Assembly (NCBI GenBank): GCA_028534125.1
Contig: CM052818.1
Span: forward strand, 21,702,001-21,766,000
Length of the DNA stretch: 64,000 bases
Source of the DNA: Lama glama
Taxonomy: Eukaryota
Direction of reading: 5' to 3'
The notes below the pieces were generated by a model that was given only the letters and a program-made list of their open reading frames with translations, did not search any database and had not been told where the DNA came from. Within the stretch, counting starts at the first letter, position 1; every line of letters starts with the position of its first letter. Positions 1-11,120 of the stretch are shown piece by piece. Position numbers and translations under genes: made by a program.

Positions 1-375
1 GATTTTTCAAATAACTACTACTGGAAGAGCAGCTTGGGAAAATTCTGTTTTCACTTTTAGCCTTCTTCGCCTCAAAAAGAACCTGGCTTCTTGTCGTAAA
101 CAAATGCTATGAGAAAATGGTTAAATGAGCCCTCTGATTTGCAACCCATTTTATCGTCAAATGCCGCTACATTCCTGAGAATGCTTTTTCTTTAGTTCTG
201 AGAATACAGCAAGACCCAGTTAAGCAGCAGGATTTCCAAACACAAAGTTGCAAAACCTAAATTCTGATTAAGACTGCCTGTGAACTCAAAAGAATGAACA
301 ATGAGATTCTTATTAGATTGCTTTTCTTCTACAAAAAAAAATACTTCTAAATATCTTAACTATAGTGATGTTTAC

Positions 376-548
376 CTTAAGGAAATACTGTATTCAGGAT
401 AGAAGACACTTGTATATTGGACCCAAGCACCAACTTCCTCTTCAGTGTCCCCTTTTTTTGCTTCTGTTACTGAAAACAGATTAAATGATTCAAATCTTCT
501 TACAGATATATGCCGTAGATGATCATCCAGATGTTTCTGCCTCAGAAC
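376..548 (-). CDS. CAMKMT: CAMKMT coding exon 2
   Basis: Acceptor tttcaaag|GTT. Translates [29 protein letters not shown]...[21 protein letters not shown](R). Donor AG|gtaaac; 173 nt, in frame with exon 1. The gene continues off the left edge of the window. Confidence 0.96.
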
Positions 549-840
549 CTTTGAAATAAAACCAAATATTATGGTCATATTATATAAATTAAGTTTTCAA
601 ACTTTAAGTGGTAAGGGAATTTTCATTTCCAATAATAGAAGATTAGATAATTCAGACCAATATCTTACTGAAGACAACTAGAAAAGATGTACAAAATATT
701 TTAAAACATTACTGGAAGGCATCAAAGAGCAAAGAAGATAGTGAAGATCTACCAGTCTAGGATCTTTAAAAGGAGGTAATTCTAGAGAGGTGAGCCTGGC
801 TTTCGCAACCACTTTTCTTGTGAGACGTTTGTCAGTTCCT

Positions 841-944
841 CGTGCTTAGCATACATGAGTTCCTGGGTTCAATCCCCAGCCCCTCCATTAAAAAAGGAGA
901 CAAATAAAAATAAATATAAAATAAATTTAATTATCTCCCCAAAA
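841..944 (+). mobile_element. tRNA-derived SINE (Vic-1-like), 5'-truncated
   Basis: gtgcttagcatacatgagttcctgggttcaatccccag (B box) followed by an A-rich tail and the taattatctcccc segment. Confidence 0.85.
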
Positions 945-1998
945 TGTAAAATATAGGTAATATAAATTGTCTTAGATCTTGTCCAATTAATGCCCAAAAT
1001 GTAAATGCCTTTTTATACTAATTCAATTACTCTAATGTCAAGGTAATGTCATAAGTCACTAAGGTAAAAAATAATTTGTCACCACATGTACAACATTGGA
1101 AGGTGCTTCTATGGTTTAGTAAATCCTATCATCTACAATATGACAAGGTGATACTCAGTGAAAGAAATAGGCAATATATTTAGAATAAATAAAAGGAAAC
1201 ATTTCTTTATGTAATTTATATTGAGTAAAGGTAATCACAATCAAGATCAAATCAAACTACTTTTGATGTTTGTTTTTAAAGATTCAGTTATTTTTAAGGC
1301 CATCAATAATATTTGTAGCTTTGTGATTTGAGAGGATACTGAATTCTCCCAGCAAGGTATAATCTTATCACTTACCCTTTAAGAATTTCTACTTCTAAGC
1401 CCCTATGTATATAATTAAACAACATTAAAATGGGGTTATCAGGGGTGAAAGAACATGCTCAAAGTCAAGGCATTTTTTCATCCCTGTAAATCAATGAGCT
1501 ATTTAATCAAATATCAATGTTATATTAAATAAGTTTATGTCCAAATATTAAATATCTTACATTAAAAAAAAAAGGCACTTAGTTCTAGGCCCATCAAGTA
1601 AACAATGTATGCAACAACCCAATGGAAGAAACCCAAATACTGGTTTGTTCCAGAACTAACTAAATTGAACATAACTATGCTGGAACCCTAATAACCAATA
1701 TTCTACTAAAAGCAGAGTCACTCAGAAAATAAGTAAGGGTACTGGAAAAGGGAGAACCTGTCTCTCAACAGTTACATGAGTGTGAGCACTTTTATAAGAC
1801 AAGAATAACAATGCTTACTTTGCAGCTTCTAATATAGTACCTGACAGACAACAGCTGTACTGACTGCAAGGCTTTTGTGAAAACTGGGTAAGACAGTGTA
1901 TGCTACATGGAAAGTGTCTGATTTGGAGTAGGTGCTCTATAAATAGTTAACTAACTTCTGGTGAAAAAGGCAGACAGAACACACACAAAATCTGAAAA

Positions 1999-3690
1999 TG
2001 AGTAGAGGAAACCTCATTCAAAATTGGAGTCAGCATGTAAATCAATGAAGTTAGAACACTCCCTCACACCATACACAAAAATAAAACTCAAAATGGCTTA
2101 AAGACTTAATTATAAGAGAAGACACGGTAAATCTCCTAGAAGAAAACATAGGCAAAATATTCTCTGACATATATCTTAGCAATGTGTTCCTAGGGCAGTC
2201 TACACAGGCAATAGAAATAAAAACAAAAATAAATAAATGGGACCTAATTAAACTTATAAGCCTTTGCACAGCAAAGGAAACCATAAGCAAAACAAAAAGG
2301 CAACCTAAGGAATGGGAGAAAATATTTGCAAAAGATGAGACTGACAAGGGCTTAATTTCCAAAGTATATAAACAGCTCATACAATTTAATAATAATAAAA
2401 AAAAACCCAATGCTAAAGTGGGCAGAAGAACTACACAAGCAATTCTCCAATGAAGACATACAAATTGCCAATAGGCGCATGAAAAAATGCTCAATATCGC
2501 TTATTATCAGAGAAATGCAAATCAAAACTACAATGAGGTATCACCTCACACCAGTCAGAATGGCCATCATTAAAAAGTCCACGAATGATAAATGCTGTAC
2601 AGGGCGTGGAGAAAAGGGAACCTTCCTACATTGTTGGTGGGAGTATAGTTTGGTGCAGCCATTATGGAAAACAGTATGGAGATTCCTCAAAAGACTAAAA
2701 ACAGACTTACCATATGATCCAGTAATCCCAATCCTGGGAATATATCCAGAGAGGACCTTAATTCAAAAAGATACATGTATCTCAATGTTCATAGCAGCAC
2801 TATTCACAATAACCAAGACATGGAAACAACCTAAATGTCCATCAACAGATGACTGGATAAAGAAGTTGTGGTATATTTATACATTGGACTACTACTCAGC
2901 CATAAAAAAAATAATGCCACTTGCAGCAACATGGATGGACCTGGAGAATGTCATTCTAAGCGAAGTAAGCCAGAAAGAGAAAGAAAAATACCATATGATA
3001 TCACTTATATGTGGAATCTAAAAAAAAAAGATAAATGAACTTATTTACAAAACAGAAACAGGCTCACATAGAAAACAAACTTATGGTTACCAGAGGGGGA
3101 AGGGGGTGGAAAAGGATAAATAGGGAGTTTGAGATTAGTACATACTAACTAATATACGTAAAACAGATAAACAACAAGTTCATACTATATAGCACAAGGA
3201 ATTATATTCGACATCTTATAGTAACCTATGGTGAAAAAGAATATAAAAACGAATATACGTCTGTTCATGTATGACTGAAACATTATGTTGTACACCAGAA
3301 ATTAACATAGCATTGTAAACTGACTATATTTCAATTAAATACACACACACACACACACACACACAAATGGAGTCAGTAGACTTGAAGGGGGAGCTCTCAC
3401 CTGCGAATCACTCAAGGCAGTTTACTTTATGTACCCCGGCAGGAAGAAGGAAGATTTTCTCCCTGCCCCACAACAACCCAGCCAATGAGAAACCACAACT
3501 CAGTCAATGAGAAACTTCCACATGCCTGAACTCTGGCTCTCCTCCAATGAACTTTCCGTCAAAAGAGCCCCTACCAACTTCCTCTTTTCTTCAATAAAAG
3601 AATACTCATCTTCTCTGTTCTCTGGATTTGCCTATTTCTCACCAGAGCCTGCAGACCCAGAATTGTATTTCTCTGCTATTCCCTGATATG
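1999..3690 (+). mobile_element. ERV1-type LTR split by the L1 (segments ~1999-2033 and ~3364-3690)
   Basis: TG...gtagaggaaacctcattcaaaattggagtc start, repeated CCAAT-like units (gccaatgagaaac, gtcaatgagaaac, tccaatgaac), AATAAAAG at ~3593; 3' end not clear. Confidence 0.6.
2034..3363 (+). mobile_element. 5'-truncated L1 (ORF2 C-terminus plus 3' UTR) ending in (AC)n
   Basis: ORFs 2184-2453 and 2410-3021 are L1 ORF2p C-terminal sequence ([38 protein letters not shown]). TSD-like aaat(t)ggagtcag at 2021-2033 and 3365-3376. Confidence 0.95.
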
Positions 3691-5199
3691 AAAAATGTTC
3701 TGAAGATAATCATGGTCACTGTAAAAGAAGTTTAAATACAGAAGAGTAAAAACTCAAAATTCTACCATTAAGGGAAAGCACACTGTTAAACATCCATCTA
3801 CACACATACATATAGGTATGAATAATTCTTAAAGAGTTCATACTATACATACTGTTTACATCCTGTTTTAGATTGCTTTCTTTAATATTGCAAAAATCAG
3901 CTTTTTGATGAAGGTACTGTGATGATCTCACTTGCACACACATTTTTGCATATTTATCCAGTATGTAAGCTATGTTTAAATGTTAAAAATATATCAAATT
4001 CTTTGTTAGGGAAACATAAAATAATAGTATTGGAAAATAAAAAAATGAACTGATTTCTAACCCTGGAAAATAATTTCACTTTAAAATAATCAGAGATGGA
4101 AGAGATCTTAAAGAAATCTAGTGCCACTCCGGCATTTATAAATGAAAAAACTGAGGTCCAAACAGGTTGCTCACCATTATACAAATAGTTACTGGCAGAT
4201 CTGAGCCTAAAATCAAGTTGTATTAAATTCTATTTCAGAAATCACACTGCCTCTTTCCACACTGATTGTCTCAACTATGTAGCAATCTGCTTTAATTTAA
4301 ATTGTACCCTGAAATATTCCATTAATCAGATTCTTCAGCCAAGTATTCAGACCTCTAGGTACCATTATTCATTCTGCAGGTGGTTGTGAGATGTGTGTAA
4401 GTGTGTAACGGTCACTGCCACTTTTTCATCTGCTCTGTGTCCCTTCCTCTTGGGAAATGCCCCTTCCTCAAGCTATGTAATAATGATGGGGTTGTTATTT
4501 TCCCTGCCACAGGGTGGGCTGATGACCCAGGTTAGCCAAAGTGCACCATTCTCCTAGACACAGCAGTTGGTTCAAACTTGGCCTATTAGAGTTGTTTGGA
4601 GGAAATGATTTCGGTATTGGGGAAAAGAGTTACTTCTTCTGGATCACTAGCTAGGTGGATGATGAAGTTGCCAATAGCTATTTTTGCCATCCGGTAACAA
4701 GACCCAACAAAGAGGAAAATAGAACAATATCCACAGCCCCTATTGATATTGATCCATAGACTTCCAGACCTCATCTGATAAAAGTAGGCACTAGACACAA
4801 AAGTCAGCAATTTATCATGTGACCTTGTATCAAATGATGAACTAGATCCACCAGGTTTTCTCTCAAAAATGTTAATTATAAAACAGAAAATATTAAACAG
4901 TTAAGGTGAAAGGTCACGAGATAGCACTGGAGCCCTACTGGAAAGACAGAATTGTGAGGAAGAAAACAAGAAAACATAAGCAGATGTCATGAAAATGTCC
5001 CATAAGAGAAAGAGAGTTGCATCTCTAGCATGATTTAGATTTCTCACAGTTTTCTAATTCTGGACACATTCAAGATGCAAATTGTCTGTTCATTTGAAAC
5101 ACATTTACTGAAAGCCTGCAAATGTTTAAAATACATGGTAGATTCTATTATTAGGGAAAAATACTCATTTCCTCCCCGTCCCCTTCAAGGAAAAACACA

Positions 5200-5503
5200 C
5201 TTCTCTTCCTCCTGACTTTAGGCTTGGCCAAGTATCTTAATTTGGCTAACAGGATGTTAGCAGGGGCTTAAAATGTGTTTTGGTGGTTTCATTTTCTCTC
5301 TTATACCTCTGTTATCACCATGAAAACATATCAGCCAAGAGGTCCCAGGATGAGAGGCAAGTGCACCAAGCATGCAGAATAGTTACTTAGCTGATCAAAG
5401 CCTATGTCAATTCCCAGGTGGCCCACAAACAGAATAAACGCTCACTGCTACATGCCATTGTGATAGTGTAGTTGGTTGTTACTCAGCAACAATTAACTGA
5501 TAC
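5200..5503 (+). mobile_element. MLT1-type (ERVL-MaLR) LTR relic
   Basis: Ends aataaacgct...ggttgttactcagcaacaattaactgataca, typical of an MLT1 3' end. Confidence 0.65.
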
Positions 5504-5723
5504 AATACACTGAGGATGAGGTGCTGTGGGCCACTTAAAGCAGTCCTTACTCTCAGGCTTTCGATAACACATAACCGTGTTTACTAAAAATCCACTAGCC
5601 AGGTCCTGTGCAGAGGCTGGAGATTAATAAAACATCAACTTTTCCCACGGAGAACACCTTCTAGTGAGAAAGATGGACTCTGATCAAATGTAATGTAGGC
5701 AGCAAATTAGAACGAAAATAAGT

Positions 5724-5827
5724 GGGGAAGGGTATAGCTCGGTGCTAGAGCGTGTGCTTAGCATGCACGAGGTCCTGGGTTCAATCCCCAGTACCTCCAT
5801 TAAGATTTTTTAAATAAATAAATAAAC
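5724..5827 (+). mobile_element. tRNA-derived SINE (Vic-1-like), short form
   Basis: ggggaagggtatagctcggtgctagagcgtgtgcttagcatgcacgaggtcctgggttcaatccccagtacctcc plus (TAAA)n tail; degenerate TSD agaacgaaaataagt / agaatgaaaaaaagt. Confidence 0.92.
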
Positions 5828-6859
5828 AGAATGAAAAAAAGTAGTGGTCAACTAGAGTTTTTACTATATCAAGTTATCACTGAAGTCATCACAGTAAGAT
5901 TTGCTTGATCATTTTAAAGCCCTAATTTACTATTTTGATAATTCAACTTTAACTGATGTTTACTTCACTATAAAAAGTTCCGACGATAATGATCTATGAG
6001 AACATGGATTTTATTATGCTATCATACCATTTGTAACATTAATAGCAAAACCAGATCATTAATGCTCTGCAAAGGCTTTCAATGCATCAGCAAAGAAATG
6101 ATCTTTGAGTTGTGTCATGACAGCACTCGAAGGCCACTGCATGAAAAGATGACCCGAAACAATGGCAAACAAAGCAACCCCCAAAATACTTAACGCACAA
6201 TCTCAAGTGGCAATGGCTGGGAAAGCCTCCTCGAAATACAAGTCGGAAATGCCAAGTCTCCTATTGAATAGTTTTCGGCAGGAATCCCGAGGCAGAAGCC
6301 TTAACACTGGGATATAAACAATAAACTGATTTCACTTCAAACAGTTTAAGAGCGTTAGCGATGTCAAATCAGAAATTTTTTGAACCTGCACACGACTGAA
6401 GTTACCAGCAACCGCAGAAACTTTCAAGTACTAGAAGATAACCACCATTAAACAAATCAATACACTCAAAACTAGTCCACCTTAGACACCGAGATTCTCG
6501 CTGATCACCTCTAACTACAAGATAAGCATGTCACTCACTTACACAAGAAAAAGGTGGGGGGCAGCTCTTGCAACTGCCTTCACTCTCCGCTCTACGGAAG
6601 AAACCGAAGCAACACGTGCAACGTCACAGTCCCAACAACAGTCAACCACGCTGATCACCAAGAGAGGGGCCAGACTTTGGACTAGAATCAGGCAAGGAGT
6701 TAAGAAGCAAGAAGAAACCTGGGGGAAAAGTAAAACAGAGCAGTATGGGGTGGTGAGCGGCGGACCCACCAATCCTACTGGCGAGCAAGGAGAAAAGACC
6801 CTCAGATGCAGACTAATGTCTAGAAAGGGACCTTCTACTTCGATCTGAGTTTCCTAGCC

Positions 6860-7780
6860 TTGGCTGCCTCCTCCCCGCCCAACGCCACCAGATTCCTCCC
6901 TTTTGGTGGGACGCTTAGGTGAAGTAAGGCGGCGCTTCTTAGCTGGCTCCTGGCAAAACTGTGAGGGCACTCCGGGAGCTGCCAAGGGGAGAGTAGCTGC
7001 TGGTCCGCTCGCTCCGTACCTGCGAGGGGAGTGGCCAGAGGCAAAGGTGAGTCGAGTGGCTTCTCCCTTACCTGCCGCAGTAGCTTCCACCGGGCAGCAC
7101 CCAAGGGCGCCGAGACTGCGGGCCCCTGAGCGGCGCCGCTGCTAGCCGGACCCTCGCCCCCGGCGCGCTCTGCCTGGTTGGCCCCGGCGTCCGCGACTCG
7201 AGACTCCATCCCGCTGAAACCGCCTATACCCAAGCTGCCGCCGCCACAGCTCTCCCCTGCCAGGACTTACTTACTTCTTTCCTGTCAGGACCTGTGACGC
7301 CAGGCCTCCCTCCCACTGCCCAAACGCGCGCGCCCTCCCCGAATTCCGCATTTCCGGTATCGCGTCTCCGTGGCAACCAGGGTAGCGCGGCTCACGTCAC
7401 TGCACCATTTTGATGGTGGCCATCTTTACTGAGGGCAAGCCAAAGCGTGAGAGAACAGTGGCAGACCTAGTGGGACGGTGCCCCATTTGTTCCCCTCTCC
7501 TCTTCCTCACCTCAAGCTCTGAAGACTATCAAAGAACAAAAAGGCTTGTATCTTTGAAGGCTAAAGAACCCAGGAGGAGAGAAGTATATATAACATGTCC
7601 AATTTTTACCACAGTAAAGATGGCGGAATCAGCTTAGTGCTCGTGCTACATAGGGGTTACGTAGACGGCGTGCTGCAAACCACCTCCCGGCGGCTCTGGG
7701 TAGGTTGTGGTGCTGCTAGCTGCAGAACGCACACTTCGGCAGGACGCGGCGGAGGGGGTAGCTGCTCTCAATCCTGAGAG
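6860..7780. promoter_or_regulatory. CpG-rich bidirectional promoter shared by CAMKMT and PREPL
   Basis: High GC/CpG segment between the divergent genes (limits approximate). Motifs: ETS/GABP-like TTCCGGT 7352-7358; RFX X-box-like GTCTCCGTGGCAAC 7364-7377; CRE-like TCACGTCA 7392-7399; YY1-like CCATTTT 7405-7411, GGCCATCTTT 7418-7427 and AAGATGGCGG 7617-7626. Confidence 0.85.
7072..7209 (-). CDS. CAMKMT: CAMKMT coding exon 1 (calmodulin-lysine N-methyltransferase, aa 1-46)
   Basis: ATG at 7209. Translates MESRVADAG...[14 protein letters not shown], matching the CAMKMT N-terminus as I recall it. Donor CAG|gtaagg at 7072/7071; 138 nt, phase 0. Confidence 0.96.
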
Positions 7781-7843
7781 CCTCTTCTTCTTCAGCCTGC
7801 CTTCATTTGTTTCGGTGTCTACAGCCAGATTATCTCAATTTGC
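7700..7843 (+). other. PREPL: Probable non-coding first exon of PREPL (start approximate)
   Basis: Lies at the downstream edge of the CpG island and ends at donor-like TGC|gtatgt (7843/7844). The transcription start cannot be determined from sequence alone. Confidence 0.45.
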
Positions 7844-8394
7844 GTATGTATGGGGGGCTTATGCTGGGAGTGGGTGTCTCTTCCCTTCGCCCCTTCCTTC
7901 CCCCACCCAACCATCCCTCAGTCCCTTGGTCCTAGCTTTTTAACCCCTGTCCCTTCACTTCATGGCACATGGTACCACTCCCTCTCGCAGTCGGGTCGCC
8001 TCATCTCTGCGGTGGAGAGTTGCACAAGGAAAAGGAATAGTTTCTTCCCGAAACAGCCATTCGTCCACCCCACCCCCACCCCTAGCTTTGCATATTGTTT
8101 TCTCCCTGCAAGTGAAAGATGGGTGGATTGAGGCTTCCGGCATGGATGTAGTGATTTAGGGATTTTATGTATCTGTTTTTCTTTTTGTTGGTGTCGGCTT
8201 CTGATCCTCTATCCCCTCCCTCCCGTTATTTTGCTGCGACATTGAAAGGGATTAAGGGGGGCAGGGGCGTCGTAGCGGATCCGAGCTGTGGTAAAGCTGA
8301 CGCAGTATTGTGCCTTTGATACTGAGGGACATTTTATGGGAGACTTCCATGATAATATTCAACAGTGCGACGTAACCAGATTTTTCCTGTCCTA

Positions 8395-8590
8395 AAAATA
8401 ATAGCCACCATTTATTGAGTGGTTACTACGTGCCGGATTGTATTAAGATCTTAACATAAATTATCTCATTTTATTCTCAGAACTACTACTCCAAAGAGTA
8501 AATGTCGTTATCTCTGTTTTGCAGATGAAGAAACTAGGCACAGGTGATAAGTGCAGGAGTGAAGACCTAAACGCAGGTCTCTGACCTAAC
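8395..8590 (-). mobile_element. MIR relic
   Basis: aataatagccaccatttattgag...tactacgtgcc...ttttgcagatgaagaaactaggcacag (MIR core). Confidence 0.75.
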
Positions 8591-9433
8591 TACTTACTAG
8601 CCTTACCTTGATTCATTAACAAGACCCAGCTTCCCAACAGGAAACAAGAGATGGCCTCACATTTCATTTGTGCTTACTGAAGTGTTGTTTTTTTAACTAA
8701 AGAGCTAAATACTTTTTTAACATTGAAGTCCAGTCATTGTTATGTCCAGATAGACTTAACTGCCCTCCTACTAACTGTCCAGGACCTGGACAGTTACCTG
8801 AGTCACAGTTTGCTCACCTGTAAAATCAGTGTCACTAACAGCTTCTTTTTGAGGTCCCTATGAAGTTTCAGTTAGATGAAGTATATAAAAGCATCTGGCA
8901 TGTAGCAAATACTCAATAATCCCTCCCCCTCTACCTTTGTTAAGTAGGCTTTTCCAGTTTATCCTCCATACATACCAAAGATAAGTTCTGAATTATGTAA
9001 AATCAGAGCCATTTTGCCTTTTAAAGCCTTCAGTTCCTGAGATTCCTCCATTAAGTATGTGTACTTATTTGCAAATTTTTCTTTTTTTTGTTGTTTTCTG
9101 TTTTTTGTTTGTTTTTGTTTTTGTTTTAGTTTGCCCCTGTGTGTACCAGAATCAGTGCTTCATAGTTTGAGCCTGATAGGATTGACTTTACAAATGAGAC
9201 GTTTAAGTCACATCCACCATGAAGTATGATTTGAATGAAACGTTAACTTACACAAGTTTTCTGATATTTTTAACTTGAGTTATCAGCTGTCTGCAGTTAT
9301 TCACAACCCAAGGGGTACATGGCCCCAAAGGCAAGGGATAAGAACTGCAGATCCTAGATACTCTGAGAACCCACTACTGTATAATCATTCGTATGAAATC
9401 ATTCATGTGCTGGCAGCCCCAAAGGGAACATAA

Positions 9434-9682
<249 letters not shown>

Positions 9683-10207
9683 TAAGTTAACCTATTTGTA
9701 GGCCATTAAGGTTAATTTTAGTTTAAAAATAAAGAATGGGTAGGAAATCAGTTACTAATTTTGTCAGTAATTCTGGCTTGATTTTTTAAATGTTCATGCT
9801 TAATTGTCTAAAGTCATATATAAGTATAAAAGAATATATACATATATTTGAGTTCCAATGTAATATATTAAAATGTAGATTTATTTAAAAAAATGATTCA
9901 CCTTAGGAGTTCCTTATTGTGCCTACAGTGCAATTCAAAGTATAATTCAGCTTTCTAAAATTCCTAGACCATCATAAAAGCTCTTAATAAAATCCAATAA
10001 TGTGCTGATTGTTTTATGAATCCCAAATTAGTGAACTTAAGTAAAATACTGTGTAACTGTGTTACTTTTTTGTAAAAAAGAAAAAAAAAGACTTGCATTT
10101 TGGACCACTTGTGTCCTTCAGGAATATACTTTCAGACCATTGTACTCTGTCCAGACCCCAAGCTGTGGATATGACCTCAACTTTGAGGACTTATTGCCCA
10201 TATATAT

Positions 10208-10340
10208 AGAATGACCACATATCCTGGATTGCCTCATACAGTCTCAGTCTACACCTGTTGTCCTGATGTAATTATTAATAGTGTCTCCTTTCCTCTCAGA
10301 AGTGTCCTGGTTAGGATGATAAATTATATGCTCATCCTAA
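10208..10340. mobile_element. MER94-like hAT MITE
   Basis: agaatgaccacatatcctggattgcc...gtaattattaatagtgtctcctttc...gataaattatatgctcatccta resembles the MER94 consensus as I recall it. Confidence 0.7.
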
Positions 10341-10534
10341 TTGTTTGAGATTAAGCTGTTTGTGCTGGTGCCTCTTTCACACCTCTCATATCTTACACTT
10401 GCTATACTTCTTAGATTCCTTGAATTGCATTTGGGGTTGATACTCCTACAATATTTTAGCATATTTTAATATTTTAATTTCTGGTTTTAATAGTTGCATA
10501 TTAATTTTTTTAGTCTGTTTTGACATCCTTATTT

Positions 10535-11120
10535 TTCATTGTGGTTAAATGTATATAACAAAATTTGCCATTTTAACCATTTTTAAATGTATGATTCAGT
10601 AGCATTAATTACAATCACAATGTTTTACAGCTGTCACCACTATTTCCAAAACCCTGTCATCACCTGAAAAAAATATACCCATTAAGCAAGCACTCTCCAC
10701 TGCTGCCTTTCCTAAGCCCCTGGAAGCCTTTAATCTACTTTGTCTCTGAATCTACCTATTCTAAATTATTTTATTTTATTTTGCTTTGTTTTGTTTTTTT
10801 GTGGGGGAGGTAATTAGGCTTATTTATTTTTAGAGGAGGCCCTGGGGATTGAACCCAGGTCCTTGTGCATGCTAAGCATGTGCTCTACCACTTGAGCTAC
10901 ACCTTCTCCCTCTGAATTTACCTATTCTAGATAGTTCATATAAATGGAATCATATAATATTTATCTTTTTGTGTTTGGCTTATTCCACTTAGCATATGTT
11001 TTCAAGGTTTATCCCTGTTAGCATGTATCAGAACTTTGTTCTTTTTATGGCTGACTAATATTCCATAATATGTGTATACCACATTTTGACTATCCCTTCA
11101 TCTGTTGATAGACACTTGAG
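10535..11120 (-). mobile_element. Older L1 (L1MA/MB-type) 3' end, interrupted by a SINE
   Basis: Typical antisense L1 3' UTR text (aaatttgccattttaaccatttttaa...ggaatcatataatatttatc...ggcttattccacttagcat). Confidence 0.8.
10764..10910 (-). mobile_element. tRNA-derived SINE (Vic-1-like) inserted in an older L1 3' end
   Basis: Reverse-complement SINE body; 19-nt TSD tctgaat(c/t)tacctattcta at 10745-10763 and 10911-10929. Confidence 0.93.

Noticed and set aside
2410..3021. 203-aa ORF as a novel gene
   Set aside because: It is the C-terminus of L1 ORF2p in a 5'-truncated, frameshifted copy with no promoter or RT domain.
7210..7233. N-terminal extension MGIGGFSG of CAMKMT in the ORF track
   Set aside because: It starts at TTG, an artefact of the ORF caller allowing alternative starts. 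The recognisable protein starts at ATG 7209.
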